DNA of 64,000 bases from Basidiobolus meristosporus CBS 931.73. Lineage: Eukaryota > Fungi > Basidiobolomycota. Numbering within the stretch: position 1 is the stretch's first letter; each line of letters begins with the position of its first letter. Shown here piece by piece: positions 61,633 to 64,000 of the stretch. Location of the stretch: NCBI GenBank assembly GCA_002104905.1, contig MCFE01000398.1, positions 17,676 to 81,675 on the forward strand, given 5' to 3'. Both the position numbers and the translations under genes were made by a program. Below the pieces are notes generated by a model. The model saw only the letters and a list, made by a program, of their open reading frames with translations, made no database searches and was not told the DNA's origin.

Positions 61633-63772
61633 GTTAGGGGGGAGACAGTCACCAACAGGTGAAATCTTTATTTCAGTTGAAACAAAGAAGCCAGCGCTAC
61701 TGTTGTAGCTTTGATACAAGAGTGTGTAGCTGAGGGGAATTTGTAGGTAAGTTAATAAGAAGTGATGATAGTTCTTCAGTGCTCAAGACACTGTTCAGTG
61801 GGAAGGGGGGTAGCAAGAGAGGTAAGAATGACTTGTGAACAACATTAATGAGGGGAATGTGATAAGGATTGATATTCATCATAAAGGGAGTGTGCTGCTG
61901 CAGATATTGCTGCCAAAGGTCTGTCAAGTACTTCAGGTAGGCCAGCTTGGGTTTTTCTGACTGCAGAATATAGTGTGCAAACTTCTTGACTTCAGGATCT
62001 CCAAGTATAGTTCTCCAGCACGAGTCAGGTGTTGTGTGGTGTGTTCTCTTCCAGGCCTTAATCAGTGGGTTGTTGCAGTTGTGAAGTCTGAGGTATAATC
62101 TGGTTCTAAGGTAGAGAAGTCTGATCTTATAGGGCATAAACCCAAAAGCACCAAGAATAGCATGTCTGTAGGGGCATTCAGGCAAATGAGGCACCAAGGA
62201 GGTAATGCACCATACTGCAAACTTGTCAAGCTTAGTGCAGTCTCTAGAAGTAAGAGAGAGAAGTGGTAAGCCAAATTCCAGGACAGGGAAGACAAACTGC
62301 TTGAGTAGAAGGAGGCAGCTGGGAGCTGAAGTTGTAGGAGGAGTAACAGCCAGTAGCTTGTGGAGTGCCTGTCTTGCCAGGATAATTCTCTTCTTCAGGT
62401 GTGCTCCAGAGTCTAGTCCAGTAGGAAGGAAAGGAAAGCCAAGATATGTAGCAGAAACCTGAGCAGGTAGAGTGGAGTTCTCCAAGTTGATAGGAGAGCC
62501 CAAAGGTACTGTCTTTGCAATGGAAAGCTGGAGATTATTCTTCTGCAGATACTGCTGGATGGTCTGGGAGTCTTGTTGCACATTGGAGGAGGATATTCTG
62601 ATGTCATCAGCAAAGAGAGTAACCAGGCAGTCAGCTGAGAGTCTTGGGAAGTCATTCAGGAAGATGGCAAACAGTATAGGACCAAGCACAGAGCCTTGAA
62701 CCACTCCATTAGGAACTGAGAACACAGCTGATTGCTCACTTGGGTGCAGAATTCTTGCTTGTGGATCCAGAAACAGAGACCTGACAAGGAGGGTGAGAGA
62801 GGTACTGGAGAAGCATTGCAACTTGGACCAAAGCAGATTTCTGTCAACTGAATCAAAGGCCTTAGTAATATCAAACAGAACAGAGGGATACTTGCACTGG
62901 AGAGAGTGATCTTGGCTAAGTATGACTGCATATTCCAAGGAGAGGCCAGGAACAAAGCCAAACTGTGCAGGATGAAACTTGAGGGAGTCAGAGTAGAGCT
63001 CCTGAGCAAGCAGAAGCTCAAACACCTTTCTGCAGGTGGGCAGCAGAGATATTGGCCTGTAGGAGCTAGGATCCAGGTGCTTTCCTTTACCCTTGTACAG
63101 TGGCAGAACATTTGCAAAGGACCATTCCTCAGGAGTAGAAAGCTGGGCTGAGCATTGCTGAAACAGTGGAAGCAGAAGTGCAGACATGGCCTTGGTACTA
63201 GTCTTCAGAAGCTCATAAGAGATTGTGTCCACACCTGGAGCAGTAGAGTTGGGAAGCCTCTTGAGCACATTTTGGATTCTCCTTTGATCAAGTGCAAGTG
63301 GGATGGGCAGAGTCTTGAAGTCAGGATGAAAGCCAGGAGTTGAGTACTGCTTTGTAGAGAAGAAGATGTTAGCCAGCTGTTCTGTTGAAGGTAACTTCCT
63401 GGAAGAGGGCCTCATTGCCCTGTAGAGTCTTGATACTGTTCTTGTTATAGAGTTGGAAGATTGCAGAGGCAAAGAACTCATAATATGATCCCAGAGCTGA
63501 GTATGCAGAGTGTGGTGAATTGCCTTGTAGTGGTGTATTGCTGTCAGGAGGAGTTTCTCTGTTTTTGGGTTAGGGAAACTCAGGTAGCTTTGTTGCAGGG
63601 CTGAAACAATGGATTCCCATTTTCTTGAGGTAACAGCAGTAGTCTTGCATGGCAGTGAGAGGGAGGCAGACACCAGAATCAGATGCTTCACAAAGAGCCA
63701 GGCATAGTTGAGATCATCTGGCAGAGAAAGTAGCAAACTGGCAAGCTTCAAGTAGTTCCCAAAGTCTTTCTT
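61633..63772 (-). mobile_element. 5'-truncated non-LTR retrotransposon (LINE) abutting the telomere
   Basis: RT ORF plus a ~63-nt 3' UTR with AATAAA, a stem-loop and terminal CCCCCCTAACC. Confidence 0.9.
61697..63772 (-). CDS. LINE ORF2 reverse transcriptase; N-terminus, including any endonuclease, missing
   Basis: APGVDTI, YRPISLL, QFGF, FDITKAFDSV, QGSVLGPILF, LFADD and YLG motifs; no ATG, frame stays open into the telomere. Confidence 0.92.
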   Translation of the reverse strand, partial: KKDFGNYLKLASLLLSLPDDLNYAWLFVKHLILVSASLSLPCKTTAVTSRKWESIVSALQQSYLSFPNPKTEKLLLTAIHHYKAIHHTLHTQLWDHIMSSLPLQSSNSITRTVSRLYRAMRPSSRKLPSTEQLANIFFSTKQYSTPGFHPDFKTLPIPLALDQRRIQNVLKRLPNSTAPGVDTISYELLKTSTKAMSALLLPLFQQCSAQLSTPEEWSFANVLPLYKGKGKHLDPSSYRPISLLPTCRKVFELLLAQELYSDSLKFHPAQFGFVPGLSLEYAVILSQDHSLQCKYPSVLFDITKAFDSVDRNLLWSKLQCFSSTSLTLLVRSLFLDPQARILHPSEQSAVFSVPNGVVQGSVLGPILFAIFLNDFPRLSADCLVTLFADDIRISSSNVQQDSQTIQQYLQKNNLQLSIAKTVPLGSPINLENSTLPAQVSATYLGFPFLPTGLDSGAHLKKRIILARQALHKLLAVTPPTTSAPSCLLLLKQFVFPVLEFGLPLLSLTSRDCTKLDKFAVWCITSLVPHLPECPYRHAILGAFGFMPYKIRLLYLRTRLYLRLHNCNNPLIKAWKRTHHTTPDSCWRTILGDPEVKKFAHYILQSEKPKLAYLKYLTDLWQQYLQQHTPFMMNINPYHIPLINVVHKSFLPLLLPPFPLNSVLSTEELSSLLINLPTNSPQLHTLVSKLQQ

Positions 63773-64000
63773 AGGGGTTAGGGTTAGGGTTAGGGTTAGG
63801 GTTAGGGTTAGGGTTAGGGTTAGGGTTAGGGTTAGGGTTAGGGTTAGGGTTAGGGTTAGGGTTAGGGTTAGGGTTAGGGTTAGGGTTAGGGTTAGGGTTA
63901 GGGTTAGGGTTAGGGTTAGGGTTAGGGTTAGGGTTAGGGTTAGGGTTAGGGTTAGGGTTAGGGTTAGGGTTAGGGTTAGGGGTTAGGGTTAGGGTTAGGT
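63771..64000 (+). repeat. Telomere (TTAGGG)n, about 38 units, with two TTAGGGG variants
   Basis: Direct reading to the window end; G-rich strand runs 5'->3' toward the end. Confidence 0.98.

Noticed and set aside
61697-63772. TERT, Penelope-like or MoTeR-type RT
   Set aside because: Motifs (YRPISLL, QGSVLGP, FADD) are LINE-type; no TERT T/CP motifs, and no C-terminal CCHC plus restriction-like endonuclease

Overview
Terminal 64 kb of a fungal chromosome arm. Short GT-AG introns with CTAAC branch points, a (TTAGGG)n telomere and a nad2 NUMT suggest an early-diverging, zygomycete-grade fungus; this is inference, not a database match. There are four zones. (1) 1-21.8 kb is a CpG-depleted graveyard of nested transposons (Ty3/gypsy, Ty1/copia, EnSpm/CACTA-type, Harbinger/ISL2EU-type), with a mitochondrial nad2 insertion and a short telomere-repeat insertion. 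(2) 22-40 kb holds ordinary genes: FMO, TauD-like dioxygenase, amino-acid permease, CysRS, FUSC-like exporter, LysM protein, bHLH-ZIP factor and SSZ1. (3) 40-59.5 kb is a tandem-duplicated cassette (unknown protein, F-box, sugar porter) interleaved with five catalase-derived loci: one apparently intact, one frameshifted and three relics. (4) 61.1-64 kb is the most striking part. A full-length tRNA-headed SINE-like element and a 5'-truncated LINE reverse transcriptase lie head-to-tail, share a 3' stem-loop tail ending in CCCCCTAAC, point 3' end toward the centromere, and are capped directly by telomere repeats. This looks like a telomere-associated LINE/SINE pair. All alignments were done by eye; TE boundaries are approximate.
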